From positions 1 through 64,000 of the forward strand of contig JAQGDQ010000684.1 of NCBI GenBank assembly GCA_030141605.1: DNA of 64,000 bases, read 5' to 3'. The stretch comes from Tubiluchus corallicola (Eukaryota > Animalia > Priapulida). Positions 50,769 to 63,012 of the stretch are shown here, piece by piece. How positions within the stretch are numbered: the first letter of the stretch is position 1; the number at the start of each line of letters is the position of its first letter. The notes under the pieces were generated by a model. It did not search any database. It saw nothing but the letters and a program-made list of their open reading frames with translations, and was not told the DNA's origin. A program made the translations under genes and the position numbers.

Positions 50769-52115
50769 ATGGAGGTGAAACAACTCGTTTTGCTTGTATT
50801 TTTGCTCAACGTCACTTGTCTACTGGCGGAGCAGATAAATTGGAACGAGTGCGGAAAGTCTAGAGGATGCTTTTTCAGCCCCAAGGAATGCAATTCCGAA
50901 ACTTCCTGCAAATACCTCCTCACGTACCAGGAGATGGAGTCTCACATTAGCTTCGAGATGAGTGGCAGCGTCGATTTTCCACTACAAAGCTCTTATGTAT
51001 CCATCGCTTTCTCTGACGACAAGCGAATGGGTGAAGACAGTGTTATTGAATGTGTACATGACATTAGTACTGGGGATGTGAATCTTTTTCCTTCGTACAA
51101 TACTCTGGGCAAAAATAACAATCGTATTAATATTCAACTGGAAGCTGCAGGATTGGTGTTGCAGAATGCGTCCTATAATGACGGAGTGATCCGTTGTCGT
51201 TTCACTCGTGAAAAATTAGTTGATCATGATCTTATCTACGATCTCAATAAGCAGTGGTTTTTGTTGATGGCTAACGGCCCTGCCACGTCTTCAAATATAG
51301 ATCAGCATTTGCTTGATCCACTACCGGTACGATCGGATGATCGTGTTAGTGTTTTGGGTCTTGGAGTTGGCGGAGGTGCGACTAGCTCGAGCGCATTGGC
51401 AATTGCACACGGCTGCCTAATGTTAATCGCCTGGGTATTCTTTGTATCGCTTGGAAAAATCACGGCGCGGTATTACAAGGAAACTTGGGAGGAAAAAGTT
51501 CTTGACTTGGCCGTCTGGTTTCAGATCCACCGCACGTGTATGGTCACTGCTTGGATATGTTTTGTTATTGCTACCATTCTAATAATCTACCAGGTTTCTG
51601 GCTGGGTGAGCAACCCCGGAGACTCCTTCTCTCACTCCATTGTTGGCATCATTGCCGTCTGTTTGGGTATCTTACAGCCCTTCATTGCCCTCTGCCGCTG
51701 TCATCCCGGTTCTGCAAATCGGCCTTGGTTCAATTGGATACACTGGGCCATCGGTACCGTGGCTCATATTCTTGCCGTCTCGGCCATCTTTCTGGCTTTC
51801 GCATTCATGCACGCGAAGAATGCTTTGCCGTTCTACATGTTCTGCATCATGGGCTCGTACGTCATCTGGCACGTGTTCTGTGAAATTGTCCTGGAGATTC
51901 ACGCGTGTTGCATCTACAAGAAACGCAAGAGAGCCGAAGAAGTCACTCTCCGTCCCGTCAACCAGGGAGCATTTACGGTAGCCGTGGAGAGACCGAGACC
52001 GCCAAAAGGTTCCGGTTTCCAGAAGTTTATGCTGGCACTTTATGTGATCGTCCTTCTCATCCTTACCATCGCCCTGGTTGTTCTGCTTATTGTAAAGTGG
52101 GGGAAAACTTACTAA
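50769..52115 (+). CDS. FRRS1: Ferric-chelate reductase 1-like (DOMON + cytochrome b561), copy C
   Basis: MEVKQL signal peptide, DOMON Met/His and four b561 His conserved; intronless, 448 aa from the first ATG. Confidence 0.92.
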   Translation: MEVKQLVLLVFLLNVTCLLAEQINWNECGKSRGCFFSPKECNSETSCKYLLTYQEMESHISFEMSGSVDFPLQSSYVSIAFSDDKRMGEDSVIECVHDISTGDVNLFPSYNTLGKNNNRINIQLEAAGLVLQNASYNDGVIRCRFTREKLVDHDLIYDLNKQWFLLMANGPATSSNIDQHLLDPLPVRSDDRVSVLGLGVGGGATSSSALAIAHGCLMLIAWVFFVSLGKITARYYKETWEEKVLDLAVWFQIHRTCMVTAWICFVIATILIIYQVSGWVSNPGDSFSHSIVGIIAVCLGILQPFIALCRCHPGSANRPWFNWIHWAIGTVAHILAVSAIFLAFAFMHAKNALPFYMFCIMGSYVIWHVFCEIVLEIHACCIYKKRKRAEEVTLRPVNQGAFTVAVERPRPPKGSGFQKFMLALYVIVLLILTIALVVLLIVKWGKTY

Positions 52116-53072
52116 GCTACAAGTAAGCAAGCATTGGTTGTTTAATTTTTATGACTAAATTATGCGTTAAATAATGCTACTTTGTTTTATAGTCATTGCA
52201 CCCACACACATGTACATTCTACCCATGCATGTGTGTACAGGGGCATGATTTAGTTTAGTATACTAAAAGGAAAATTTATTTGACCCTTTTTATTAAGTTC
52301 TGTTCTATTAAATGAATCTCGCTGTGGTCATCATAGCCAGTATAAAGTTCTAAGTTCTTAAACGTGTGACAACGAACATGCCAGGCGATGTGTTCACGAG
52401 ACTAATAAGGTCAGAATTAGTAAGTAACTTTATAGCTACACTTGCTTACTGTTGCGTTTTTTTGCTAAGTAATTTATTGTGTGCTAGAAAGAATCAACCG
52501 TCCACTTTGTAAAAGATCTGCCTTATTGTATTTTCGAATTGAATCATCTATGTATTTTCTTAACTAGATTTTTAAATATCTGCTTCTCACAGTTAAGGCA
52601 CATAATATTAATAAATAATTCTTAATCTGGCTTCCTGTAATGTGTTTAAGAGGCTGAAAAGGTTCAAACGTAAGCTTTATTAATGTGTGTATACTTCATT
52701 TTACGTTGTGTTAGTGGGTGTGGGAATGTATGATTCAATATTTGTGTGACTATTCCTTCTTTCACTAAAATCAGGGAGAGAGAGGGCAGAGAGAGAAAAA
52801 GAACGAGAGAGTGTGTGAGGGAGAGAGAGAGACATGAACCAGTGTTTTGTCAGATTCTAATACAAGTTTTTGGCAAGAAGTTGGACCTTACCTATCTTGA
52901 CCTTGCCTTAAATTTGTGTACAATGCAGCTCTGAGTTTATTGTTGTCTTGCAGAAGTAATACCTTCCTGTAAACGTAACAAAAATTACAGAATCTCATAT
53001 AGTTACCACTTATTACTGTTTTAGTTATACAAAATTGATGGTTTCATATTTTATTGGGGCAAGTGCTGTCTA

Positions 53073-53462
53073 CAGGGCCTATTTCAGCCTAAGCGAGGCC
53101 CGGAGAAGTGGGGCGTGTGAGGCCCCCTCGGGGGGGGGGGGTGGTGTAAGCGCCGGGGGGCGGGCGCCACCATGGTTGACGCCCAGAAAATTTTTGAACT
53201 GCTAGAATGCAGGAGAAGCATTTTCGAAGAGAAAATATGGAGTTATACAGTTGTTAAAGGAAAGAATAATTGAAAGAAAAACTGCTTTATTCTCAAGACC
53301 AGTCCTTAATACTTGTCAATACTGGCAAATGGCGCGCGTGCGGCAAGAGAGGGAGAGAAGAGGCAGTATGTTCGCATAAAGCAAAAGAATGCTACCTTGG
53401 CGCGAGCCCCCCCCCCCGGAGGGTGAGGCCCCGGGGAAGTATCCCCCCTGAAATAGGCCCTG
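53073..53462. mobile_element. GC-rich hAT-type MITE, apparently young
   Basis: Perfect 15-bp TIR CAGGGCCTATTTCAG and perfect 8-bp TSD GCTGTCTA. Confidence 0.9.
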
Positions 53463-56400
53463 GCTGTCTATGTCGAAAATGATTAGATTAGAATGCTCTA
53501 AACGTTGCTACGTAGTTAGTACAATATTTCGACAAACTTGGTCGCCAGTTCGTTATTTATAATTGACATTTTCTTGTCAGTATGGGTGGATTGGGCGTGA
53601 CTGGCATAGTCTGTGTAGGTCTAGTTATCCATTTTGACAACCTCAACGCAAATAAAACGAATCAACGCAAAAGTAATTATTTTATTCACGTTTATTTCCT
53701 GTGGGCATTGAATGGTCTAGCCATTAGGCTGACCTCTAGACCTAAACATTCAATTTATTATTCTTATCGATGATAAATGTGGAATGTCGGTTCGTGCTGT
53801 ACGTACAGTGTCACAAGGTCAAGTTAAGAATCCTACAGTAACCAGTCTTAACTGCTGTAGTGAGTTTATTATGGCAAGCGCTCATCACTCACTGACTAAA
53901 CAAGTTTGGGCGTAAATAAAACGGCCAATTTTCGACCTTGTAATGTTTATATACGCTATTCTCTTTCCTAAAATCCTCGTGTCTTTTGGCGCAGGCTTAT
54001 TTGCACTGCTAAATAGTGTAGTTCTCCAAACGTAACTATCCAGTCACGGGTTTACTTAACATGTAAAACTATAAAGTCGGTTTTTCGTTTAGTGGAGTGA
54101 CACGTAGGCATAATTTCCATGGTATTTACTAAGCAGCTTTCAGTGAAAAATGATTGAATATGTATGTATGTGTTTAGAAACCTTGTATTAAACGCAGCTA
54201 TTGTATATTTACGTGAATTTTCGAAACCTCGTGCATAATAGATCGCTTTTGTATTTATTGTTTATAACATATGTACGGTTTTCTAACTTATGAATCTTTT
54301 AGCGCATTGGACTTTAATATTAAACTAACCGAGTGCGTATATTTTTGGACGTTTGTAAATTTTTGTGACTAATACCATGCTGTTTTATTTGTATGTTTCT
54401 GTACATAATTCATATTTTAACTTTAATAATTGTTTCTCGTTTACGCATTTATATATTGTTTAGCGTATAATGAATCATGATAGTTTTCTATTCTATTATG
54501 TATCATTGTTTATAAATTGTGCATTTAATAGGGTGTCTTATACCACTGAGTTTTTTCCACTTTTCCTTCCACTCTATTGATGGTGTTTAAAATGCAATAC
54601 AAAAATAGAATGGCATGTTTTTAGCTATAACGGCTGCTGTCAGTTACTTTTGTAGCTTACAGTTTTGTCTAAGATGACTAAAACTTGTAAGAATCCATGA
54701 CACTTCTTACATCTCTTCTTGTCATACAGTGAAGCTGAGTTGTATACAGTGTATAAGCTTCCTAGCTTTGTTTGATAGTATCAGTTACTTATCAAAAAAT
54801 AATCTATACATTTTTTACTAATCATTTATACTCGTTTTTGTACTATCCACTGGTTAGTTAGTTAGTTACAGATACAATGTAATCTTTTGGTAGGGAATTC
54901 GAGCTAACTTTTGTGTTCTATAAATTTATTTTGTATTGATAAATCAAGTTATTTGATAATTTTACAAAGTTTATTTTAGGAAAAGATTATATTACACGTT
55001 TTTTATTTGTACAGCACACACAAAATCGGGTAGTTGCATTGGTGCCGTAATTTCTTTTGTACGTAAGCCAAGATAAAGTAGAGATTAGTACCTGTTGTGT
55101 ATCTATATACTATATCAAATGCAATACCTTTCTACACAATTTATGTAAAGTTTCATTCTGAGAGTGAAATTGGCATGAATAAAGTTAGAAACAGTTAAAG
55201 TAGTAATGAAAATAAAGCAAGTTTGAATTTGTGTCATTTGAGTTGAAAATTTATGTTGTTCTTGTTGTTTCTACCGGAAGGGTTATGGCTACTACAGGAA
55301 GTCAGCTGTTCGATGTTTTGCAAGCCCTAAATCGGGATTCTGTCGATATTCTATCTCGCTCCAATGCGCCCGCGTCTAGACGCCTCCTTGCTTATATAAA
55401 CACCCCCTCCTTGTGTAAAAGAAATACCTCTCCGCTGATGCACCTCGAGGGATTTACTGTACAGAAGGGAAGGAAAAAAATCAGCAGAAGCTTTAGTCAC
55501 GATGAATCAACGCATTGAGAATTACCCACTGCTGTTCAAGTATGACCGCGCGGTGGTTTATACGGCAAGGGCGTGACTAGGCTAAAGAAAATAGCGCCCA
55601 GAAATCGTGCGCGCGGAGTATATAAATAGTCTGCAGCTTACTGCCACGGAGAAACATTAATATCCGGTTACATTGTAAAGTGTCCCGCAGGATTTTTGAA
55701 CCCGGTTTGTACCCTGAGTAATTAACCCGTCAGCCATTCGATAAAATATCCACATTGTTTCAGTTCAACGTCCATAACAGCTTGTAGTAAAAATTGCGTT
55801 AGAAACTGCTTACAGAAACTTCCGCAATCATTAATAGAAACTGGCAACATTGTTACTTTGTATTTAAAGGCCTATTAGCTACAAATGGATGTAGTTTTAA
55901 GAGTAAAGTTGATTTTAAAATGAACTGTACACCCCGGGGCGAGGAAACGGGGCGTTCACCTATAATTAATATGACGAAATGGTATGTGATTTTCTGCAAT
56001 TACCGACAGTCACTCACTCGTAATACGATTTTTCATTATCTTTTTTTGGAAACATACAAAACTTGAATGTTCGAGTCACTGTAAACATTTGCTGTTATTT
56101 TAATTATGAATGGTCGTACATGCTGTTGTCCAGCAACCAAGTGTCCAAGTAGCCATGCAGAATATTTACAGAAGTGGCCAGCCGTCAGTGAAACGAATAA
56201 TTTTTAACAATACAGTACTGAACAGTTTCATTCCACACAAAAATTCACGAAGATTATTTTTAACTGTTAATTTATGAAGGAATATGGTAATTAAAACAAT
56301 TAGCAGTTATTTTTTAAACGGAAAGAAAAGTCATATATATATATATGTATTGTATCTTTATAATCGGTGTGTGTATTGTGTGGTTTGTAATTGTGATTAC

Positions 56401-56649
56401 CCAATAAAATATCTCTAACATACCTGCTAATATAATATTTGTTACTATGCATCTGCCTTAGTTATTACTGGCAGTTTGTTCATTAACTGTTCGCTTACGC
56501 CGCAGTATAGTAATTAGTTCAAAATGCGCATAGCTATTACTGTTGACAACGTTCTCATTGTATTTGCCGAGCAGGTAATGACAGTACATGTTAAATAGTC
56601 ATGCCCAGGTTGCCTGAATACACAGAGTTGACAGCAGCAAACGTGTCTT

Positions 56650-57309
56650 TACAACACTGTCAACATTCACACTTTTAAGAATGCTTCTAACAACACCGTC
56701 AACATTCACACACTTAATAATGCTTCTGACAACACCGTCAACATTCATACACTTAATAATGCTTCTGACAACACCGTCAACATTCACACACTTAATAATG
56801 CTTCTGACAACACCGTCAACATTCACACACTTAATAATGCTTCTAACAACACTGTCAACATTCACACACTTAATAATGCTTCTAACAACACCGTCAACAT
56901 TCACACACTTAATAATGCTTCTGACAACACTGTCAACATTCACACTCTTAATAATGCTTCTAACAACACTGTCAACATTCACACACTTAATAATGCTTCT
57001 AACAACACCGTCAACATTCACACACTTAAGAATGCTTCTAACAACACTGTCAACATTCACACACTTAATAATGCTTCTAACAACACCGTCAACATTCACA
57101 CACTTAATAATGCTTCTAACAACACCGTCAACATTCACACACTTAATAATGCTTCCGACAACACCGTCAACATTCACACACTTAATAATGCTTCTGACAA
57201 CACCGTCAACATTCACACACTTAATAATGCTTCTAACAACACCGTCAACATTCACACACTTAATAATGCTTCCGACAACACCGTCAACATTCACACACTT
57301 AATAATGCT
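56650..57309. repeat. 39-bp minisatellite (~17 copies)
   Basis: Unit AATGCTTCTAACAACACCGTCAACATTCACACACTTAAT. Confidence 0.95.
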
Positions 57310-57884
57310 TTGGTTACTGCATTACCAGTACCGGAAAAATATGAACCGATTCAAATGAAATTTTGTCTAAACTGATAAATTTAATCATAACTATATTATA
57401 CAAATCAAAGTAGATAAACAATATCTTAATTACAATAACTCATTAATAATAAAAATGAATTCATATAACAGAATTCTAGTATAAAGCATCAGTCTGTACT
57501 TGCATTAAAGCAAAATGTATTACAATGTGTGCATTGGTCAACCTGTATTGTAATGTAAATGCATGGAGCTTTTATAAATCCATTTTATCGATTAAGTAGC
57601 TAAAGTCACATATGGCAAAGAGTATTATTGAATCAATAACATATTTAGTAACTTAAGCTTTGAAGTGAATGGCAAATAGCAAATGTACGGGACTCGTTCA
57701 TAAAATACAAGTCCTTGGGAACTACCCTGCTATGAAGTAAAAAGTGAGGAATTACACGTTACTAATGCACGGGGTACCTTAACGAGTCAATCTTGAACTT
57801 CTGCACAACCAGTTTACGTAATTTTTAAAAGCCCTTAGAGGATAGAAATTTTAATTAGAGATAATGAAACTTGAAAGTGATACC

Positions 57885-58083
57885 AACTAATAAAAAAATC
57901 ATGTCGAGAGTAATTCGCCGAGGCATTCACACTAGACAGAAAATCATGTCGAGAGTAACTCACCGAGGCGTTCACACTAGACAGAAAATCGTGTCGAGAG
58001 TAACTCGCCGAGGCGTTCACACTAGACAGAAAATCGTGTCGAGAGTAACTCGCCGAGGCGTTCACACTAGACAGAAAATCGAC
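57885..58083. repeat. 45-bp tandem repeat (~4 copies)
   Basis: ACTAGACAGAAAATCGTGTCGAGAGTAACTCGCCGAGGCGTTCAC at 57931, 57976, 58021. Confidence 0.85.
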
Positions 58084-58396
58084 TCGCAGCGACTGTTGGA
58101 GAGTTTGCAATAGTTTACCGACAGTAACTCGCAAAGTAGTTCACACTTGCGAGTTTGATGCCAGAGAGAAAATGTGTTAGTCTGAACATGCCTTAAGCTT
58201 AGAAGCATGTGTTCTTAAGTCAGTCAGCACACTCCATTGTAATAAGCAATGATATGGTGTGAAAAAAATAATTTAACTGCAATATGAGCCTAGTCAATCT
58301 AGAACATTAACAAATAATCCAATGGCAACAGACTATGTGTGCTCCAGTCAACAGAAAATACATTATAATGAATTCACAAGGAACAATCTAACACTA

Positions 58397-58771
58397 AGCC
58401 TTTTCATAGTTCCAGTGATTAATCATGATCGTGAAAAGGTCAAAGATTGAGTGTACAAAGCAACACATCTGTGACTCTTGACAACGCCTCGCAGCCCTAG
58501 CTGTTGTAATAGTAACAGTTTTAACAGCTGGCTGGAACGTTACCTAGGTCATTGTTTCTTGTTCCCAAGCAAGATCCTGCTAGTCAACACACAGAATAAT
58601 GCACAATTAAGTAAAGTTCACGTAAAATAAGGAAGCTACTGAACGGATGGAACAGAGAGCTTTGCTTTACACACGTAACGTGATGGTTGTTGTAAAGACT
58701 CGTTGCTGTGGTACACTTAACCTTTGACCTGCAGCAAATGCACATGCGCACAGCAAATCTTTGAAAAGACT
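58397..58771 (+). mobile_element. PIF/Harbinger-like MITE
   Basis: TA-AGCCTTTTCA ... TGAAAAGACT-TA; internal IR and CAGCAAATGCACATGCGCAC tail present. Confidence 0.72.
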
Positions 58772-58864
58772 TATTGCTAAGCCAAGTACATTGTCGTGTG
58801 AAATAATTACTTATGTACATAGTTTATATTAATACGTAAGACTTATGTTTGAAATGAATGGCTT

Positions 58865-59038
58865 CTAACCCGGATCGTCCTTGACTATTTTCTCGTGTAC
58901 AGTTTTCCGCGGTGTGTGCACAGCGGGTTCTAATTTAACTTCAGTTCTAGTCAAGGTCACCTTCTCGGCACTTGTAACCAGATTTGCTGGCAATTGTGCT
59001 GCAGACGCAGTCGTTATGCCCTGCTCCGAAATTTGTTT
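58865..59038 (-). CDS. Terminal coding exon of an unidentified A/T/V/Q-rich protein
   Basis: tttttatttcag acceptor, phase 0, KQISEQGITT...KIVKDDPG*; phase-compatible with three upstream exons. Confidence 0.72.
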   Translation of the reverse strand, partial: KQISEQGITTASAAQLPANLVTSAEKVTLTRTEVKLEPAVHTPRKTVHEKIVKDDPG

Positions 59039-59329
59039 CTGAAATAAAAAGAGCAGAGCGAATTTAACTTTGTCCAAACACTTTTCCTAACAGCGAAATC
59101 TATTGCAATTTCAGAAAGTTGTTTTTTAAAGCTGGCAATCTCTGCGGGACAAAATTTTGGATCAGCGTCTGATGCAATTTATATATATATACGTCTAGAA
59201 TCTAGAAGAGCTACCTGTATTGTAAAAGACGAAATAACCACTAGTAGTTGAATGATCTTTATTGCACCTTAGGATTTAGGAAATCGCAAATAGTGCTAGA
59301 CTAAAACTACTGCCGCATATTTTGCTTAA

Positions 59330-59642
59330 TGGGAGCGAGCATGGAACATTCGACTAGAATGAGTTTTTCTTATTTCGATTTCGATTCAAACAAAAATGAT
59401 GGCTTCTAATAATGTGGCACTTCAACTACATTTGTTCTTTATCATTAAAACGGTTGAAACATCGTCGTGCAATTAGCGTAATTTAGCTTCAATTTCCGTG
59501 CCCAGTTTTTACTGCAGAACAAAATCAAACAATATGCACGATCTTTGAAAGACTGCTTTTCATTTACGATTTGAAAATCTTAAAAGCTGAGTTTGAGTTT
59601 GACTCGGATCCAAATTCACCTTTTGGTAGAGAATGCTCACCC
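59330..59642. mobile_element. Degenerate TTCGAA-family MITE
   Basis: GAGCAT...GTAGAGAATGCTCACCC; internal similarity to 36765-37170. Confidence 0.6.
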
Positions 59643-60698
59643 GGAGAACGCCGAGCCTTGCTGTTTGTTTCCAGAACAAATTTTAGTTGGGAAGATTTTT
59701 TTTATACAAGTTCATACACCGCATACCTGAAAACAAGGCCTACTCAAACAGATGTTTGTGGCGTGACGGAACCTAGCTCATTAGCAAAGATACCCCGTCT
59801 AAAGCGAGTTACTGAACCAGCAGATGTGTCTCAGGCACATTTCGGAAGTACATACATCCTCTGTCCAGCATTCAATTTTTATGCATAATACCACTCAAAG
59901 TTAGTAGTGAACCCACACCACTCAGCATGATGTGTGGAAAGTTTACCATTAGACTACAAAACACGCTACACTCTCAACCAGTCAACCCTTTCAACTCTCA
60001 CAAAATACATCGCAGACTTTCATTACCATCTTACATTACAGACATTCGTCGTTTATAAATATGTGTTTTCAAACCAAAACCGTCCACAAGTCGACACAGT
60101 TAAGACAATGTTATGATGCCTCAAAGTAGAATGCATCAAAAGTTTGGTCACATGTAAATTTTTTGTTTTTTATAAAAACAAACACTAAATATATTGGACT
60201 TAACAAAAAACGTTAAAAAATACTAAAAATCTAATTTCATAATCCTGTACCAACTTTTCTGACTAGAAACTATTACTGCAATTATAAATTTTCAAACTCC
60301 AATAGTAGCTCGTGGAAGGAGTCATTTTGCTCTGGTTTTTTTTCTGTTGCCAAGCCCAGATCTCCGACTGGAAGAGCCATCTACTGGATATAAATGTAAC
60401 TTCAACATGTTCTTGCAAAGTCCATAGCAACCAATATTTGTTGGGTTGCTAAGTGTTTCGTAGAAAAGAGATAAAAAACAATGGCTCACTTTAACAGTGA
60501 TTTCTCAAAAATTTTCAGTGCATAGCCTGCACTTCAACTTCATTGAGGATTATCTCAGCTTAGAATCAGGATGTGTGAATAACTAGAAAAGCTTAACCGC
60601 CGACTTATGGACAATTTTGCTACGTAGGCACACAAATACAAAAATTCGATCATGTCATTAAGTGAAATCTTTTCTCGATATTGTGCACATCATCTTAC

Positions 60699-60809
60699 CT
60701 GTTCAATTTGTTCACTTTTTATTTGCGCTGCTGCTGTTTTCGTAAAAGCCATTGGCACAACTGTTGGCGGAATACCTTCAGCCAGAGTAGTTTGTCCAGC
60801 GTTTAATTT
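60699..60809 (-). CDS. Internal exon of the unidentified minus-strand gene
   Basis: tttgtttag / CAG|gtaaga; 111 nt, phase 0-0; KLNAGQTTLAEGIPPTVVPMAFTKTAAAQIKSEQIEQ. Confidence 0.75.
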
Positions 60810-61456
60810 CTAAACAAATACCAAATGATCTACTGAAATAAATTCTACATGGTGCAATTCTAGCTGTACCGTTCACATCAACGTTACAGTACGGAATTAG
60901 TTTCATTTTCAATTAGATACAACAAGATGCAAAAGGAGTATTATTAATTGCATAAATCCAATTTAGCATTTAAAGGAATTTTTCGATATTTTCTTGCAGC
61001 ACTAATTGTGTTTGGGATTTCAGCCTGTGCGCTACGTATATACATTTTGTTTAAGGTTCACTGGACTAAAAGCATTTTTATTTTGATACCGTTTGTTTGG
61101 CCTGCATTACGTAATCGTTTTTAGTCAATAAATTATCAATTCATCAATAAGATTTGCTACACGTCACTACATCGTAATAATTTCTATTTTTTTAACTAGA
61201 TTTGGAACATACGCATTTAACAACTGACTTTACATTTACATTACATAGACCCGATAAACTGGATCGCCATTTTCCAAGAATATCCGGTAAAACAAAGTAA
61301 TTTACATAAACTATAGAAGATGAAAAATGAGGATTCAAAAACGAAGAAAGTTCTATGAAACAAGTTACACTACACTATCTTTAAAAATTTAAGTTTAAGT
61401 ATATAATAAGACAAAAGCCGCAACTAGCTCTCTAGCTAAACAACTAAGCTAAGTAC

Positions 61457-61527
61457 CTGAACAACTTGAGAAGTAACAGAGGTAGGATTGATAATCCTGG
61501 CATAGACTGGTTGTCCTTTCACTGCAG
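61457..61527 (-). CDS. Internal exon of the unidentified minus-strand gene
   Basis: ttttgtttag / CAG|gtactt; 71 nt, phase 1-0; (P)AVKGQPVYARIINPTSVTSQVVQ. Confidence 0.75.
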
Positions 61528-61681
61528 CTAAACAAAATGGAGAAGACGACCGTGAAACAGTACACTATTAAAACATTTATCAAGTTTTCTTTAAATAAAA
61601 AAAAAGTCAGCAGCCGATATGAAAATTGTACGTTTGTGTTTCCGATGTACGTATATTTTCAGTTCCTCTGTTTAGTTACTT

Positions 61682-61682
<1 letters not shown>

Positions 61683-61762
<80 letters not shown>

Positions 61763-61831
61763 AATAATAATAATAACAATAATAACAACAACAACAATAA
61801 TAATAATAACAACAACAACAACAACAATAAT

Positions 61832-61864
<33 letters not shown>

Positions 61865-61880
61865 AATAATAATATAATAA
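61683..61880. repeat. (AAT)n/(AAC)n microsatellite
   Basis: Direct inspection. Confidence 0.95.
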
Positions 61881-62047
61881 TCTTTATTAAAAGTCAGTCT
61901 TTGGATTAACAATCAACGTAAGCTCATGGAGCTTTTAGTCGACTGTAAATAACAATTGTACAACTACGTAACAGAGATTACTATTGCTGTACATCAGTAC
62001 ATTAGTACACGCAAATTACTACGCATCAGGCAGGGCAACAGTAGGTG

Positions 62048-62595
62048 TACGATTGGAACACGACATTATCACAACTTACGATTGGAACACGACATTATGA
62101 CAACTTACGTTTGGAACACGACATTATGACAACTTACGATTGGAACACGACATTATAACAACTTACGATTGGAACACGACATTATAACAACTTACGATTG
62201 GAACACGACATTATAACAACTTACGATTGGAACACGACATTATGACAACTTACGATTGAACACGACTTATACAACTTACGATTGGAAACGACATTATACA
62301 ACTACGATTGGAACACGACATTATACAACTTACGATTGGAACACGACATTATGACAACTTACGATTGGAACACGACATTATGACAACTTACGATTGGAAC
62401 ACGACATTATGACAACTTACGATTGGAACACGACATTATAACAACTTACGATTGGAACACGACATTATAACAACTTACGATTGGAACACGACATTATAAT
62501 AACTTACGATTGGAACACGACATTATGACAACTTACGAATGGAACACGACATTATGACAACTTACGATTGCAACACGACATTATAACAACTTACG
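62048..62595 (-). repeat. 29-bp minisatellite (~19 copies) made of a reiterated 5' splice donor
   Basis: On -: (C|GTAAGTTGTYATAATGTCGTGTTCCAAT)n starting exactly at the donor of exon 62595-62684. Confidence 0.92.
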
Positions 62596-62684
62596 TTTTG
62601 CTGTTAAAATTTGCTTGGGATCTGCCACTGTAGCTACCTTCATGCCCTGAATGGCTCTAAGATTAGCAGGAGTCAACGCAAAAC
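62595..62684 (-). CDS. Internal exon of the unidentified minus-strand gene
   Basis: ctctcatttcatttcgtag acceptor, AAC|gtaagt donor; 90 nt, phase 1-1; FALTPANLRAIQGMKVATVADPKQILTAK. Confidence 0.75.
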
Positions 62685-62904
62685 CTACGAAATGAAATGA
62701 GAGAAAATATAGGAATACAGACATTTACTTCATGGCTTAACAAAACCTTTCACAATTTAAAAATTTTTAACCCTTAAAAATATTGTCCAACACAAATGCA
62801 AGAAATCAACACAAAAACATGCAAACAAAGTTTAATCTTTAGTGACACGGTGCAGCGAGTAAGTTGCAGTTCTGGCTTGTCAGGTCTTGATTTTATTGCC
62901 TAAG

Positions 62905-63012
62905 CTTGCATGTTACTAACTATAGACACCAACTATGATGACATAAACTGGTTCTAGATCTTGGTTGTAGAACTGGCATTCTTAGCATAGGAACTGCTAT
63001 TTTAGGGGGAAG
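62905..63012 (+). pseudogene. METTL5: Frameshifted duplicate of METTL5 exon 2 with adjacent intron-2 sequence
   Basis: Aligns to 18074-18188 with a 7-nt deletion (CMLLTIDTNYDDI / LVLDLGCRTGILSIGTAILGG); 63013-63560 patchily matches 18189-18560. Confidence 0.85.

Noticed and set aside
51536-52130. Alternative-frame and antisense ORFs inside FRRS1-like genes
   Set aside because: Shadow ORFs of GC-richer coding sequence.
55231-55760. GC-richer patch with two TATATAAA boxes and a GTG-start ORF
   Set aside because: No downstream gene or RNA structure could be recognised.
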